A stretch of DNA of 50,239 bases from Malacoraja senta (taxonomy: Eukaryota). Within the stretch, counting starts at the first letter, position 1; each line of letters begins with the position of its first letter. The translations under genes and the position numbers were made by a program. Below, piece after piece: positions 36,510 to 49,849 of this stretch. The stretch lies in contig JAXLNO010000487.1 of the NCBI GenBank assembly GCA_038087875.1, positions 62,001 to 112,239 of the forward strand, written 5' to 3'. Under the pieces are notes generated by a model, which saw nothing but the letters and a program-made list of their open reading frames with translations, did not search any database and was not told the DNA's origin.

Positions 36510-36695
36510 TACTTCCCTCCCAGATCCCAAAGATGTCCTGGCTGGTTGGTTGGTTAATTGGTTACTGAAATCTAATTCTAGTGCAGGTGGATGGTGTGAG
36601 AATTGTGAGTTAATGGGCTTCTGAATGAGCAAGTTGCAGGGTAAATAAGTGGGGGAATAGGATGGCTCCGAGAGCCAGTATAGACTCGTTGTCTA
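36510..36695 (+). mobile_element. Old V-SINE-like remnant
   Basis: CTCCCAGATCCCAAAGATGT...GGTTAATTGGTTACTG resembles the central domain of the SINE at 42058. Confidence 0.5.
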
Positions 36696-38999
36696 GAAAT
36701 GCGAGAAGGGCCTCCCACCCTTCATCCATCTCTGCTGCCCCACTTTGTGTAACACCTCTCCAGCTGCTGTATGCTCACTCTCTCCTGGATTGCTGTCGAC
36801 AATGTCAAGACAGACCATTGCCAACACCTTTTAAAAGGGCTGCAGTGTTGTTTGCTGGTCCATTGATGTTCTCAGTATGAACTGGACTTGCTGAAACTGT
36901 GCCCTACAGATATCCAATGGCCAAATGCCACTGCTCAAAGCGGATGAGCATTCGTTTGTGTGGGTGACACATTCTAGTTCCAGTCAGTGTGGGAAGTTGT
37001 TCTTCTTGGTTTATTGCTCTGCAGCGGGCACTAAGCAGTCAGATTAGAACAAAAGGAAGTGTGACTGTCATGTACTCGGAATGGAGTTTGACGAGCAGAG
37101 CATACTGAATATGGGAATGTGTCGAGATGTTCTGACATCATCCTGCTGTTGGCACATTTAAGGTTTAATTAGGAAAACACAATGGCTTGGCTTGTAGTTT
37201 GTCACCAGTTGCAATACTCATTTTCTTTGCATGTGTGTACGAATAATTATTATCGAAGTTGCATTCTTAATTGCAAAGATTAGTTTGTGACACAGTGCAG
37301 ATGTGCTCCTTCCCACAGCACAGTGTGATGTACACCAGACGGTTGTCATTGTGGAGGCTGGGTTGGTTTAGCAAGAGAGGAGTTGTAGGTTAAAGTTTAC
37401 CCTCGCCCTTTCATCCCCGTCACAGTTGTGTGTGTGGAAAACTGCATCTTGAAGGCTTGGTGTTCATTTGAAAAACGATACGAAAATAATCTTTAACCTT
37501 CAGTTTTCAATGGGGATCTAAATTAAAAAATTCACGGGTAAGTTGTTGAATTTGTGGTTGTCATCAGGGTCACTGATCTCTGCTACTTTAGTCTTTCAAT
37601 GAGGTGAGCAAATCTTTCAACTGAAAACTAAAAGTTATCTCTGGTTTGATTATCTTTAGATCCTGAAATCACTTTGCAGTCCAGCACGGACAATGACTTG
37701 GTTAGTCACAGCAGTGCCGCCAAATACTTTATTTGAATTATTTTACGCTTTCCTCAATTGAATCATGAGTGTGGTGTTAGCTGTCACCTGTTTTGTACAC
37801 TGATTTCAAAACACTGTTTTGAACAATTTCAACCCCAAGGCTGAGTATAGATATCAGAGGGGTGGGTGGGAAGAGGTGAAGGGAAGTGAAGTGGTTTGGT
37901 AAAATAATATCTTGCTAATCAGTTGTGCAGGCTACCAATACAGAGGTTGCCAAAAATATTGCTTGCTGAAATATTGTGGCCTCACACAGTGTAGCGTTAG
38001 TGTGCTTTGTTCAACAGGTTTATACGTTACGTGATAAGATTAACACCTTCTTGTGTTGCATTGCATGCTATTTATTTATAGTATGATTAAAGTTTCTCAC
38101 GATTCTCTTTCTATAATTAGATTTTGGTTTTTGACATTTGCTTCTGCTAAAGTGAAGTGGTCCCTAACACAGCTGAGATATACAATTTAGCACATCTTGT
38201 CACTGGAATGTAATGGTAAAGTCCCTCGCAGTTCTGAAAGAGTTTGCATTGCATTGACAATATTACTGTTCAAAATTTTCCTTCCTACATATACTATATA
38301 TGGAGAATTTATAATTCTCATCAATACATGCAAGCAACACAGAATCTCATCAACAATAGATCAGTTTGAGTTACTGCCTAATAAATGCGGGAGATCATTG
38401 CTGTTAGAAAGAAAACTAAATAATGTGCATATGTCACTCTTTTTCTAATCTACCTATATTTCTATTGTTTGGGAATGTAATAATAATATCTCATTTGAAT
38501 AAAGAATGATAGCACTAAGCACATAATGCATGAATTGGAAATCGCTAATTTCCAGCTTGAAAAATTCAGTATTTGCTTTAATAAGGACTGCAGGAGAATC
38601 AGTCGTTACTTAACCAGCATTTTAATCTGGTGTTTGGCTCGTAAACATTCGATCCTGGTTATTCCTTCACCCTTTTTGTGCATCTGCTTAGAGAGGTCTG
38701 TTTCTTTGGAAATAATTGAAAGGATCTGGAAGTGATAAAAGGGGGAGGGATAAAAGTTCCTCAGAGATGCTTGCTGGTTGCTGACCCACCTAAATACTCC
38801 TGGCTTTGAGCGGGTCCCTGGGCACAAATTTTTACAAAGTAACTTGCTCCGAACCCAATCAGTGAGACCTTGTGCAATGCAGGGCTCCTTTTGGTAGAAA
38901 GTACAAAAAAAAAGAACATTTTTCAATGGTGAGAAGCTAGAGAATGGCAGGAATATTGCTGTGATGATTAATGATGTTGGAGTGTATAAACTGGCAGCA

Positions 39000-39368
39000 C
39001 AGTGAACAATTCCCTCTTCTCCATTCTCCTGTTGGGCAGAAGGTACAACATCTTGAAAGCACATACCAACAGACTCAGGAATAGCTTCTTTGCCTCTATT
39101 AACAGACTACTGAACGATCCTCTCATATGTTGGAGGGTAGTCCCAATCTTCCAACCTACCTTCATTGCAATCTACAATGCTTCAATGCTGCAAAACTATA
39201 TTCTGCACTCTGGTATTGTGTTCTATGCACTAGCTTTGTACTTGTGCATGGCTTGATTGTACTCATGTTTAATATCATCTGTTTTATTTGGATACATCAC
39301 AAACAACATCTTTTCACTGTACCCCAGTCTACGTGACAATAAACCAATATCAATTCCAATACCAATAC
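39000..39368 (+). mobile_element. Rex/Babar-type LINE 3' fragment
   Basis: SLFSILLLGRRYNILKAHTNRLRNSFF...RLLN; tail TTTTCACTGTACC..GTGACAATAAA-(CCAATA)n. Confidence 0.85.
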
Positions 39369-39399
39369 CATTATTAAAAGATCTTGACCTTTATTGCAT

Positions 39400-39960
39400 A
39401 CTGAGTATATTGGATCACAAAGTAAGAAAGACATGCTGAAATTGTAAAGGGCTATGGTGAGACGACATTGGGAAAGCATTGCACAGTTTTGGTCTGTTTT
39501 AAGAGGATATACTTGTAGTAGTGCACCATTGATTCATGAGCTTGATTCTCAGGACGAGGGCAGTGTTCTGTAGAAGATTGACTCGTATTCCAATTTAGAG
39601 GGATTAAAAGTGATTTCACTGAGATAACAGATTCTGACCGAGATTAACAGATGCTGTGAAGCTATTTCTCCTAACTGGCATATCTAGACCTGGGAGGCGT
39701 GTTGTGAAGATAAGAAGTTGCCTGTTTCTGGTTGAATTGAGGAGACATTTCTTTGGCTGGGGATTGTAATTGTTTGGAATTTTCTACCTTGGATGCTCTG
39801 ACATTAGCATATATTCCAGGATGGAGCTGGCAGATATTTTAGATTCTCGGGGAAATCGGAGAATACACAAATTGGGCAGAGTTGCTTGAGGCATAAGATC
39901 AGCCGTGATCTCGTTGAACAGTAGAGAAGGTTCAAGCGCAGTGGGAGTAGATTCTGCTTG
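39400..39960 (+). mobile_element. Old CR1 3' fragment
   Basis: MLKL*RAMVRRH-like remnant; AGATCAGCCGTGATCTCGTTGAA tail. Confidence 0.65.
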
Positions 39961-41364
39961 CAGCTGTTAGAATAAATACAGCCAAAGATTAAATATAAAA
40001 CATTGAAACCATGAAAAAAGTATTTAGTTTGCTGCTGGTCAGCATTTATGTGTGCCTGGCTCGTTCAAATTATGTTGGATTCTGTCAACTGCAAGAATGT
40101 TCTGAGAAATCCTGCCTCAGGCAATGTAACAAAAGAATGACGAAAATGTGCGTGCATCTATCCATCTATATAAACAAGATATTTTCATTCTTGGTGTTCC
40201 TTCTGACGTAGTTAATATTTCAGATACAGTCAGATCTTCAGTGGGATTCAGGTTTTCAGTGTGTTGTGTGAGGCAGTATTGGTTGTATTTAGTCATGAAC
40301 ATTTGCTGCCTGTCACATCTTTAAGATCAACTGTGAGAGATAGGAATGCTATCTGGACTGAATTGCTTTTTTCCTTGTGGTTAGATTGACAGACTTGCCT
40401 TCTGAACAGCTGAATTTAGATTGAGTTATTTCCCGTTGGAAGTGGTGGTCTTCCCACTGTGAGAAAAATTAATGCAAGGCAGAAAAACAATGCATCACTG
40501 CTAAGAGATCTGGACATATGGTACAAATAAAAAAAGGAATTGCAGCAAACAGACTCTATTGTACCTCTGGACTGAAGAAGTATGAGCGTCACTTTGATCA
40601 AAATGTCAGTGCGTTCTTCCTAAGTCGTTGCTGTACTGAGTTGCCATTTCCAGTTATAATTACTTCCTGACAGGCGCATGGGTTTGAAAAGCATTGAAAC
40701 TCAGTTGTTCACGTTGATAAAGAGTCAAGAACATTAAATTAATGTCTGCAGTCTGAATTGTATTTAATTGTTACAAAATGGTTCATATACCACAGGGTTC
40801 CATAATATATTACTGATATCATTGTTAAATACATGGAGTACATTTTCAATTTACTAAATACTCAACGTCCCTGTGGGCTTGTGAACAGAATGTAGGCGCT
40901 GGGTAAATGTAAGAGGGGTTTGGAAGGGTTGGTCAAAGAGATGGCTAATGAGTGACACTTAAATGAGAAATAAGGCGGGGTTTAGTAAGGAAAATTATAG
41001 TGATTAAAGGAATAAAGGGAAGGAGTTTTAGTCAGAAGAACAGTTTGGGAGGATGAGAGTTAGAGTATATAACTGTTGGAAACTGCTGAGTTTAGGTGTA
41101 ATGAAACATGGAGAAAATTCACGAATGAGACTTTAAATTGGAGAGATTATAGATTTTTTTGGGAAGGGCACGTTTGTCATTTTTTGTATTGTTGATATTT
41201 ATGAAGGGTAGAGGAGCGGAAGCCAGGAAGGAGAGTCTTGGTGTTCTGGGGGTGTGTTTGGGGATGGGATAGGAGGTTTGAAGGTTTGTGACAGGAATTT
41301 CTTAGCAAAGAGATTGGGCTCAGTACAATGAAGTGGAAGCAAACACAGGCACTTCAATTTTAAT

Positions 41365-41498
41365 TCTTCAGTCTGAAGAAGGGTCTCGAACCGAAATGTC
41401 ACCCATTCCTTCTCTCCAGAGATGCTGCCTGTCCTGCTGAGTTACTCCAGCATTTTGTGTCTACCTTCGATTTAAACCAGCATCTGCAGTTCTTTACT
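41365..41498 (+). mobile_element. Short Penelope-end element with hammerhead-like core
   Basis: TCTTCAGTCTGAAGAAGGGTCTCGAACCGAAATGTCACC...; 16-bp TSD GCACTTCAATTTTAAT 41349-41364 / 41499-41514. Confidence 0.9.
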
Positions 41499-42057
41499 GC
41501 ACTTCAATTTTAATAGTATTTTGTTAATATTTATTACAACAATAAAAGAGGTATTCATGAACTTCAAAGTAAATATATTGGCTAGGACTTTGTGGTGGTA
41601 ATTACCCTAAAACTGTTGGTGTTAATCTAAATAAAACGTGTGGGAACTACGAATCCAATGTACTTACTTTAGGGTGGAAATTCTGATGTAGCTGTCGGTG
41701 ATTTATTGTGTCTTTTATAAATGCTGTTTGCTGGTTCTCCACTGGGATCGAGGGAATTAATGTGAATTTAAGCTAGTTGCAAACTCTCATTATGAAAAGT
41801 TCAGAAAACGTTAATCTTTGTAGCTGAGATCTATGTGATAGGATATATTACATTAAGCCACTGCTTAGAAATTCTGCATCCCTCAAAGTCTAATTTTATG
41901 TGTATTCTGATCTCCTCACACAAGTATTTCAATTAGTGGAATCTGAATTGCAATAAAAATTATATTTTAGCTTCTGCAATTATATGTACAGATTCCAATC
42001 TGTTTTTAGCACCTTACGATATTTTCTGAAAATGTTTTTTATGATCCTATTCAAATA

Positions 42058-42344
42058 CGGTGGCGCAGTGGTAGAGTTACTGCCTTACAGCGCCAGAGAC
42101 CCGGGTTTGATCCTTACCAAGGTGCTGCCTGTACAGTTCCCCCCCATGACCTGCGTGGGTTTTCTCTGGGATCTCTGGTTTCCTCCAACACTCCAAAGAC
42201 ATACAGGTTTGTAGGTTAATTGGCTTGGTTAAATTGTCCCTAGTGTGTGTTGGATAGTGTTAGTGTGCAGGGATTGTTAGTCGTCGTGGACTCGGTGGGC
42301 CGAATGGCCTGTTTCCTCATATCTCTAAACTAAACTAAACTAAA
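42058..42344 (+). mobile_element. tRNA-derived V-SINE (HE1-like)
   Basis: Pol III A box TGGCGCAGTGG (42061), B box GGTTTGATCC (about 42104), central GTGGGTTTTCTC..GGTTTCCTCC..CTCCAAAGAC domain, CR1-like 3' end GTGGGCCGAATGGCCTGTTTCC, (CTAAA)n tail. Confidence 0.9.
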
Positions 42345-45027
42345 TCAGTTTATAATTTCCTTTTGAACAGTTTGAATATACTGCACACAGTAAATGTTCA
42401 TCTGAAGTACGGTCCCAACCTGAAATGTCATCAGTCCATTTCCCTCACAGGTGTTGTCTGGCTTGTTATGTTCCCCAAAAACGTTGGGGTTTTGCTCAAG
42501 GTTCCAACATCTGCAATTCCTTGTATCTTCATCCATCTTTATCCTTTTATACCAATAATTCTATCAATTGCATCAGCTTTCTGTGACCGAGAGTTCTTCA
42601 ATGCAATTGACTGCTCAGTCAGCTTGATGATGTTAGAGCTGCTGGACAGTAGGGATTCCCAGTGAACTGGCACCTGAACACAGCACTTGATAAGTTCTTG
42701 CTGCATAGGTATGTGAGGGGTGTGTTCTTTGCAGTGAACACCATTGCATTGCCACTGGGTGCAGTTCCAGCCTGTTAAAAAACAGTAGCATCTGCAGTTT
42801 CACTCCACACATTTCGTCTGCTCCATGGCGAAATCTTGTCAAGGTATGCCTACTTTGAAGAAAGTTCTCTCTCCAGAGAGAATTCTGCAACACCCGTTCT
42901 TGCTGCTCCCCCTCTGCGATTCATCTGCTTTGATCTATCACTTTCACACCTTACCTTTCCATCTCTAGATCTCCTCTCCCCTGACTCCCAGTGGTGATCA
43001 GAAATAATGTTTGTGCATACAAAGTCCTTAATGCATTATTACAGCTGGGCGCTAATCGTAAACCTCCTACAGCATATTGCTTAGACCCATCAGGCATTTT
43101 AAAAATTGGTTTGGTTCCCTAGTGATTTTTATTCTCTAAATAATTTCTTATATCATCAGAGGGAATGAGTTCCAAATTTGTAAGCATCTTGCAAGCCCCT
43201 GTCCATCCCCTGATCATTGTCCTTCCTACTGTCCCAGCTGGAAATAAGGTTAGAGTTCTTGTCATCACATTGTGCAAAATCAAAATGAGGGCTCAAAATT
43301 GTAAGTGACTAAACAGTCCCCACTCACCATTGCTTGGTATTTGCTAATTACATTATTTCAAGGTACTGTGCTACGGGTCATACTGCTCGGCTATCAAAAA
43401 TGTATTATATTTAACTGATGTTTTTATCTTTATCTCCATTGTAAGCATTTATTTTTGTTAATTAATGGCTGATGTCCAGAATGACACCATACTAGTTCAT
43501 ATTTATCTTATTCTTTAGATCTTGCTTGTTGGAAATTTGTATGTCTCATAACGATCCCTCAATTTAATGTTTATTTTTGCTCCTGTGCACAGATTTTATG
43601 CTTTTTGTGTAAAGATTTCCTAATTCGAATCTCTGTTTGAAATAAATCTTATTATTCACTGTCCTCGACACCCCTCTCTCCTACGCTGCCATCTGATCTT
43701 GCCGTGTTTCCTTCCGAGCCCCAACAATCAGCGGGATGGGGGTTTGACCCCTTTCCCAGGCCGATACTGAGTAGGAAAGCCTCACCTGTTGTTCATGCCG
43801 CCTCTTCCCTGTGTTTCACAACTGAGTCAATGCCTGCTGAGATGGGTATGGTGAGTACTGTAAGTGGTTTTGGAGCCTGCGGGCTAGTGGGAACCTCACC
43901 CCAGAGCAGCCTGCCAACTTTCTCTCTCCTCTAAGCATGAAAAATGGCCACTTGGATGAACTGCTGGTACACAGCCAGCACTCGCTAAACTTGCTCCATC
44001 TAGCTTTAGCAACTAAATCAGAACAATGATGGAATAATACTTCTGTGGTTTATTCAAGCTGTTGCATTGAAACACAGATTGTGTGCATTTTGTGGAGTAA
44101 ATGAGTTTCAATAAGATGCCACCGAAGGAAACAATCCTGTCTTTATTATTTCAGCATCCGTTTGATCCTATTCAAATCAATTCGATTATGATTCCCTCTT
44201 GGAACAGCTTGAATACCTGGCACACAGTCACAGTTTGTCTGCCTTTTATCCATTTATATCAATGATTTTAGGAACTGGTTTTGCATCAGTTTGAAGTGGT
44301 GAATGCACAAATGGAAATTGGTTATGTTCTTTTCCAGCATCTGGCAAGGACTGGAAAGTGCTGACAATAAATGATTGGCAGAGATAGATCAGACAAGCAG
44401 CTTAGTGACAGAAGCAGCCATTTTCTGGTACACTTCCTGATCGAGTTTGCACCATTTGTTGACGGGTTCTCTGATTGTCCGACTAAATAACAAAGAAGAA
44501 ACATCTGCCATCGTTCTGTCAACTGACTGTTAAAACACGAAATGTGGCTGACAACAGATTGTGATGTGTTGAGTTTATCTATAGTAGCTGTTTTGTTTGA
44601 AAGCACTTTGTTCCTTTTGGTTATTAATATTTTGTTTTAAATCTCTGGACACATGCTTTGAATTTGATCCAGGCTGGAAGGGGAAGAGTTCACTTTGTTA
44701 GTCAGTATTTGGCACTTGTACATTACAGCTGATGCTCTCAAGTCTGTAAATAGCGATTTTCTGATTCAATTGGTAGAGTCAGACGTTGGAGTGATAAGGA
44801 AACATTTTTTGAGGTAAAAATATAGTGACTAACTTCTATATTGATGGACTAACAGATGTATAACAAGCACAATGTCACTTTTTAGTAGTGCAGCAGGTTT
44901 GCTGAATTTCTGTGTCCAACTAAGCAGTGGCTGAATCAGGGGTTGTTGTGCATGGGCACAGAATGAGCACAGTCCAGTATCATTCTCCCACTGTTTTCGG
45001 AGCAAGCATTGAAACCAGACTTTGTAA

Positions 45028-45600
45028 TGTGTAGGAAAGAACTGCAGATGCTGGTTTAAACTGAAGATAGACACAAAAAGCTGGAGTAACTCAGCGGGAC
45101 AGGCAGCATCTCTGGAGAGAAGGAATGGGTGATGCTTCGGGTTGAGATCCTTCTTTAGACTGAGAGTCAGGGGAGAGGGAGACACAGAGATATGGAAGGG
45201 TAAGGTGTGAAAACGAGACATCAAAGGGGACGAAGCTCAAGGAAAATGTAGAATAGATCGTTGTTAGCTTGGGGAAGTTGACGACGAAGCAAACAGAGAT
45301 ACAATTTAATCAGGAGGGCAGTCAGACGGGTCGGAGAACTAGGATGGGGGAGGGATGGAGAGAGAGGGAAAGCAAGGGTTACTTGAAGTTGTAAGCTGCC
45401 CATGCAAAATATGAGGTGCTGTTCCTACAATTTGTGTTGGGCCTCGCTCTGACATTGGAGGAGGCCCAGGACAGAAAGGTCAACATGGGAATGGGAGGGG
45501 GAGTTAAAGAGTTTAGCAACCGGGACATCAGGTAGGATTAGGTGCGCTGAGTGGATGTATTCAGTGAAACGATTGCCGAGCCTGTGCCTGGTCTAGCGAT
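45028..45600 (-). mobile_element. Penelope 3' remnant (GIY-YIG end, 3' UTR and terminal motif)
   Basis: AAAATATGAGGTGCTGTTCC and GAAACGATTGCCGAGCCTG match 3200-3380; terminal family motif at 45030-45165. Confidence 0.85.
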
Positions 45601-46029
45601 ATATATGAAGGACTGGACTTTGCCAAGAAAAGGTTCAGAGTGCATGTCTTTTAAACACCATACAGGCCACTGCTAAAATTGAGTTGCTGTTACTTGGATC
45701 TGCCATGTTAGCGGAGAGATCAATTTTTTGATTGCAGTGCAGAATGGGAAATAAGAATTGTCAGACCATCATGCAGCCCACTGTATTTCCTTTCCAATTG
45801 ACTTTAATGATCTGAAAAACTGCCTCTCATCTCCCAGGAAGGCCTAAAATCATCTTGTTCTGTGTCCTTGAGATGTAAACGGACTGGGAGTCTTGCTGCA
45901 TTAGATACGTCGGTCCAGCTATTCAGCATTTAGACACCTCTTCACTTGATAGTCGGCAGAACATGATAACCACTTAAGTAGACTTAACCCAGCTACAGTG
46001 CTTGCCCAGTGACAGGACTGAAATGTTAG

Positions 46030-46330
46030 TAGACTTTACTTTAGACTTCACTTTGGAGATACAGCGGGGAAACTGGCCCTTCAGCCCACTGATTCCATGC
46101 CGACCAGCAATCACCCCGTATATTAGCACTATCCTACACACTAGAGACAATTTACTATTTTACCGAAGCCAATTAACCTACAAAACCTGTATATCTTTGG
46201 AGTGTGGGGGGAAACCGGAGCACCCGGAGAAAACCCACACGGTCATAGGGAGAACGTACCAAATCCATACAGGCAGCACCCATACTCAGGATCGAACCCA
46301 GTAAGACAGCAACTCTTCCGCTATGCCAAC
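46030..46330 (-). mobile_element. tRNA-derived V-SINE (HE1-like)
   Basis: Reverse complement of the 42058 family (GGATCGAACCC B box; GGAAACCGGAGCACCCGGAGAAAACCCAC). Confidence 0.9.
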
Positions 46331-46899
46331 CTAGTAATGGTATACAGTGCTTTTGCATTTCTCAATCTTTAAATAAACTATTCTGAAAAAAAGATTGATT
46401 TTAATTTTGCATAAAATGCTGAAAAAATAATCATCACCAGTGTGCCCCTGAATTTCTGCCAGTTATTCTGGGTGACCTGTTTCTATTACAGGAAAATTAC
46501 ATTTAGTACTGGATGATATAAAAGTATTGAAGTTCTGCTATGTTGAATGGAAATGTTTTTCTTGTTAAAAAAATAATTCTCATTTTTGGATGAGTAAATG
46601 TACATTTATTTTTAGAAAGCATTAAGCTTGCATCTCATTAAAAACCCACGTCTTTTCCACAGACTATTAATATTGATAATCCTTTTGCGGGGTAGAAGCA
46701 ACTTGGTAGTGGAGCAATTATGATTGAGGTGATGTTGCAATTGCTTGTATTTTAACATACATAAAACAAAACTATACTGCTGGATTAGTAATTCAGAGCT
46801 GTGGATTAATGACCTGGAGACATGAAATTACAAACTTGCTGATTAAATAAATTGAAAATATAAAAGGTAGCATCAGTATTGTTGACTATTAAATGACCA

Positions 46900-47250
46900 A
46901 TTTTACATGATCCCCATTCTCAAACCTGATGGTTACTGGGAACCATGAGGTAACGGTTCTGAGGTTCTTGTAGCACCTTACCGACGGCAACAGACAGAAG
47001 AGAGCATGGCCAGGTGGTGCGGATCTAGGGAGGTCAGTTACCTTTAATGGTGGGGACGTCCATGTCTGTGACGGACTGAGCCTCCATCTTTCTTGAGTGT
47101 TCGAATTTCCGAACCAGGCTGTAACGCAATCAGTCAGTATGTTCTCCGCGTACAGTTGAAGAAGTTCGATGGAGCATTCAGCGACATGCTGAATCTCCTC
47201 AAACTTCTGAGGAACCAGAGGCATTCATGAGCTTTCTTTATAATTGCATC
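46900..47250 (-). mobile_element. Rex/Babar-type LINE fragment
   Basis: ENILTDCVTAWFGNS and PGHALFCLLPS.R.YKNLRT. Confidence 0.8.
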
Positions 47251-47837
47251 GGCACATAGACCTGTGCTGTGCTACTTTGGACATCCACAATTTCTCTGAT
47301 CTCTCCACTCTCCCTCTCTTTGCAATTTAAAACCAGCTTGTTTCCTTACATTTCCAATTCCAATTCTGCTCATGAAAAGTGTTACTCAGTGCAGGCGCTG
47401 CTTGTTGAGTGTTTCCAACACTTTCTGGGGAGTTTACATATTGCCATTCAATGCTCTGCTATATAATTCTCTGCTTGAGTGAAAGTATCACTGGCCACTA
47501 TTTTAATTTATAAAGTATAATTTATTTGACGCTGTTGTGTCTAAAATGTAATCATCACACAATGAGGGAAACAGCCTCATCTTTTCATATCAGCTGTTTG
47601 TGTGTTGTAGTGGAGTGCCAGATACAGCAGTGCTCAGCGAAATGCTGTCATTTGTTTCTAAAAATGATCCTAAGCAAGGCTAATTGTAGTTGCAGGTTGA
47701 CAGTAAAAATGTGGTCCTCTGAACCACTGCAAGCACCCTCATTTTGATAATACACAAAGGGGTCACCATAACTTGAAAATATCTTCAGCAACATCCTGGA
47801 TGGAGTTTGGGAAGCCATCGGCCTTCAGTATCATAAG

Positions 47838-48082
47838 CCCAGACCCTGATTCGATCCTGACTAAGGGTGCTGTCTATGTAGAGTTTGTACGTTCTCCCTG
47901 TCAACACGTGGGTTTTCTCCAGGTGCTCCGGTTTCATCCCACATCCCAAAGACGTGCCGGTTTGTAGGTTAATTGGCTACTGTAAAATTGCCCCTAGTGT
48001 GTAGGAGAGAACTAGTTGATCAACGGTCGGTGTGGACACGGTGAGCTGAAGGACCTGTTTCCATGCTGTATTTCTAAAACTA
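47838..48082 (+). mobile_element. V-SINE (HE1-like), 5'-truncated
   Basis: CCAGACCCTGATTCGATCCTGACTAAGGGTGCTGTCT..GAGTTTGTACGTTCTCCC..GGTTAATTGGC. Confidence 0.85.
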
Positions 48083-49140
48083 CAATAGATTTCCGGTGTA
48101 TTTATGTTCCGACTGTTCACATTATCTGTGTTTTGCAGCATTATTCAATTATTACAGTTGAATATGATCTGTCAATACAGCATTTTTTACTTCACGTTTA
48201 TAATTATGCTGAAGGTCACAAGGAGAATTTTTCATTCCTTGTTTTGTACTGTAACCAGAGAATCGTTTCCAGTGATAGCTGAATCTCAACTCCTTGAACG
48301 AAGAGCTTAGATACTTTACATGTTGACATTTTGCATTTAAAAGCTGAATCTTTGTTGTGTGTTTGAGATATGTTGTGCGTCACGTGCAAAATTGTTCCTA
48401 CAGGGTGTATTTAACATCTTCAGTTTACAATTATCATCGAGGTTAAGCTGATTCAAATTTACAAAGTTTGTAAAAAAGGTTCCAGTTACATCTGTGGAAT
48501 GGTAGTATAGGGGGAGCAAGATGTTCTAGTATGTACTGTGCATGCAGATAGCTGGGTACGAGGTGCTAATCTCCCTTTTAGCTCTGGGGCTGTTTGTTTG
48601 AATGCAAACATGTGCCGCAGGAGCCGAGGGATAATGCAACAGACATTTTTCATATGAGAGTATCAAAATATGGAAGAGATCTGGGCTTGGAGGTTTATCA
48701 GTGTATATTTTGCATTAACGGCCATTAACCAATTTTGTGCATGTTTCTGAGTGACATAACAACAGTGCTGACCCGGACATGGACTAGATATGGGCCAGGG
48801 CTCGAAATTAGCGGTTGCCCGGGTGCCATTGACCACTCAAAGTGCCGCCGGGCAACCTAAACACCGAGTCATTTTGCCCGGCTTGGCAAGCAAATACTGG
48901 TTTATACCGATAGACACAAAAAACTGGAGTAACTCCGCGGGTCAGGCAGCATCTCTGGAGAATAGGAATGTGACGTTTCGTGTCGGCGGCTGTATTCCTC
49001 TAGTATCTTTGATTGCAGGGCAAAGATACTAGGTGCAGGATGTCGAAGGGTCGGAGCGAATGACGGGCCCCAAACAGCGGGACCAGCGGCAGCAGTGGCC
49101 GCGACAGCGGCTCCACCGCCTCCTCTTCCCACACCCCGCC

Positions 49141-49397
49141 CGGCGGAAGGAGGCCTCCCCTCCCTCCTCCCTCCCTCCCTCCCTCCCCCCTCCCTCCTCC
49201 TCCCTCCCTCCCGGCCTCGGCGTGCGAGAGGGGTTGTTTTGAAAGCGCCGTTGGTGAATTTGCAAGCAGCGGCCGCTATTGCCCTGATAATGGCCGCTGC
49301 TTGCAAATCCGCCAACGGCGCTTTCAAAACAACCGCTCTCGCACGCCAAGGCCGGGAGGAGGGAGGGAGAGGGAGAGAGGGAGGTCTCCTTCCGCCG
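49141..49397. repeat. Long imperfect inverted repeat (hairpin), loop near 49280-49286
   Basis: GGCGTGCGAGAG.GGTTGTTTTGAAAGCGCCGTTGG..ATTTGCAAGCAGCGGCC and its reverse complement; flanking CCCT/AGGG tracts and CGGCGGAAGGAG / CTCCTTCCGCCG ends. Confidence 0.92.
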
Positions 49398-49849
49398 TCT
49401 GAAGCAGCTGCACGACAGATCTTATAGCTATAGGATCTTTGAGCTGCACCGCTCGGCCCCGCACCTTCCTGTCGGCTGGCGGAGGAGGGGAGGCGGTGGC
49501 GAGTAGTCCCAACCGCCACCCCCTTTGGCGATGGCACTTTGGCGTTGGACAGGGACGGCCAAGGCAGCGGGGCGATGTTGTCCGAGGAGCGCTGACCCTT
49601 CCTCCCTCCCCACCTCCTCTGCCCCTTCCCCCCTCTCTCTCTCTCTTGTATGCCCCCCTCCACCCCTCTTATCCTGGGACCCCTCCTCTCCATCCCACAC
49701 TGATCCCCATTCCTCCTCTATTCAGTCCTCACTGACATCCCCTGTGCTCCCCTCCCCATCTACCCCCCCCCAATCTATTCATCACCATACCCACCTCGCA
49801 TTGATTCTCCTGCCACCCCCCCCCCCCCCCCATCCATCCTACACTGGTC

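Noticed and set aside
40011..40211. 66-aa ORF resembling a signal peptide plus Cys-rich peptide
   Set aside because: No recognisable family, promoter or splice support; the length is within chance expectation.
42058..42115. tRNA gene
   Set aside because: A/B boxes continue into a SINE body and tail, with no complete cloverleaf, and it is present in several decayed copies.
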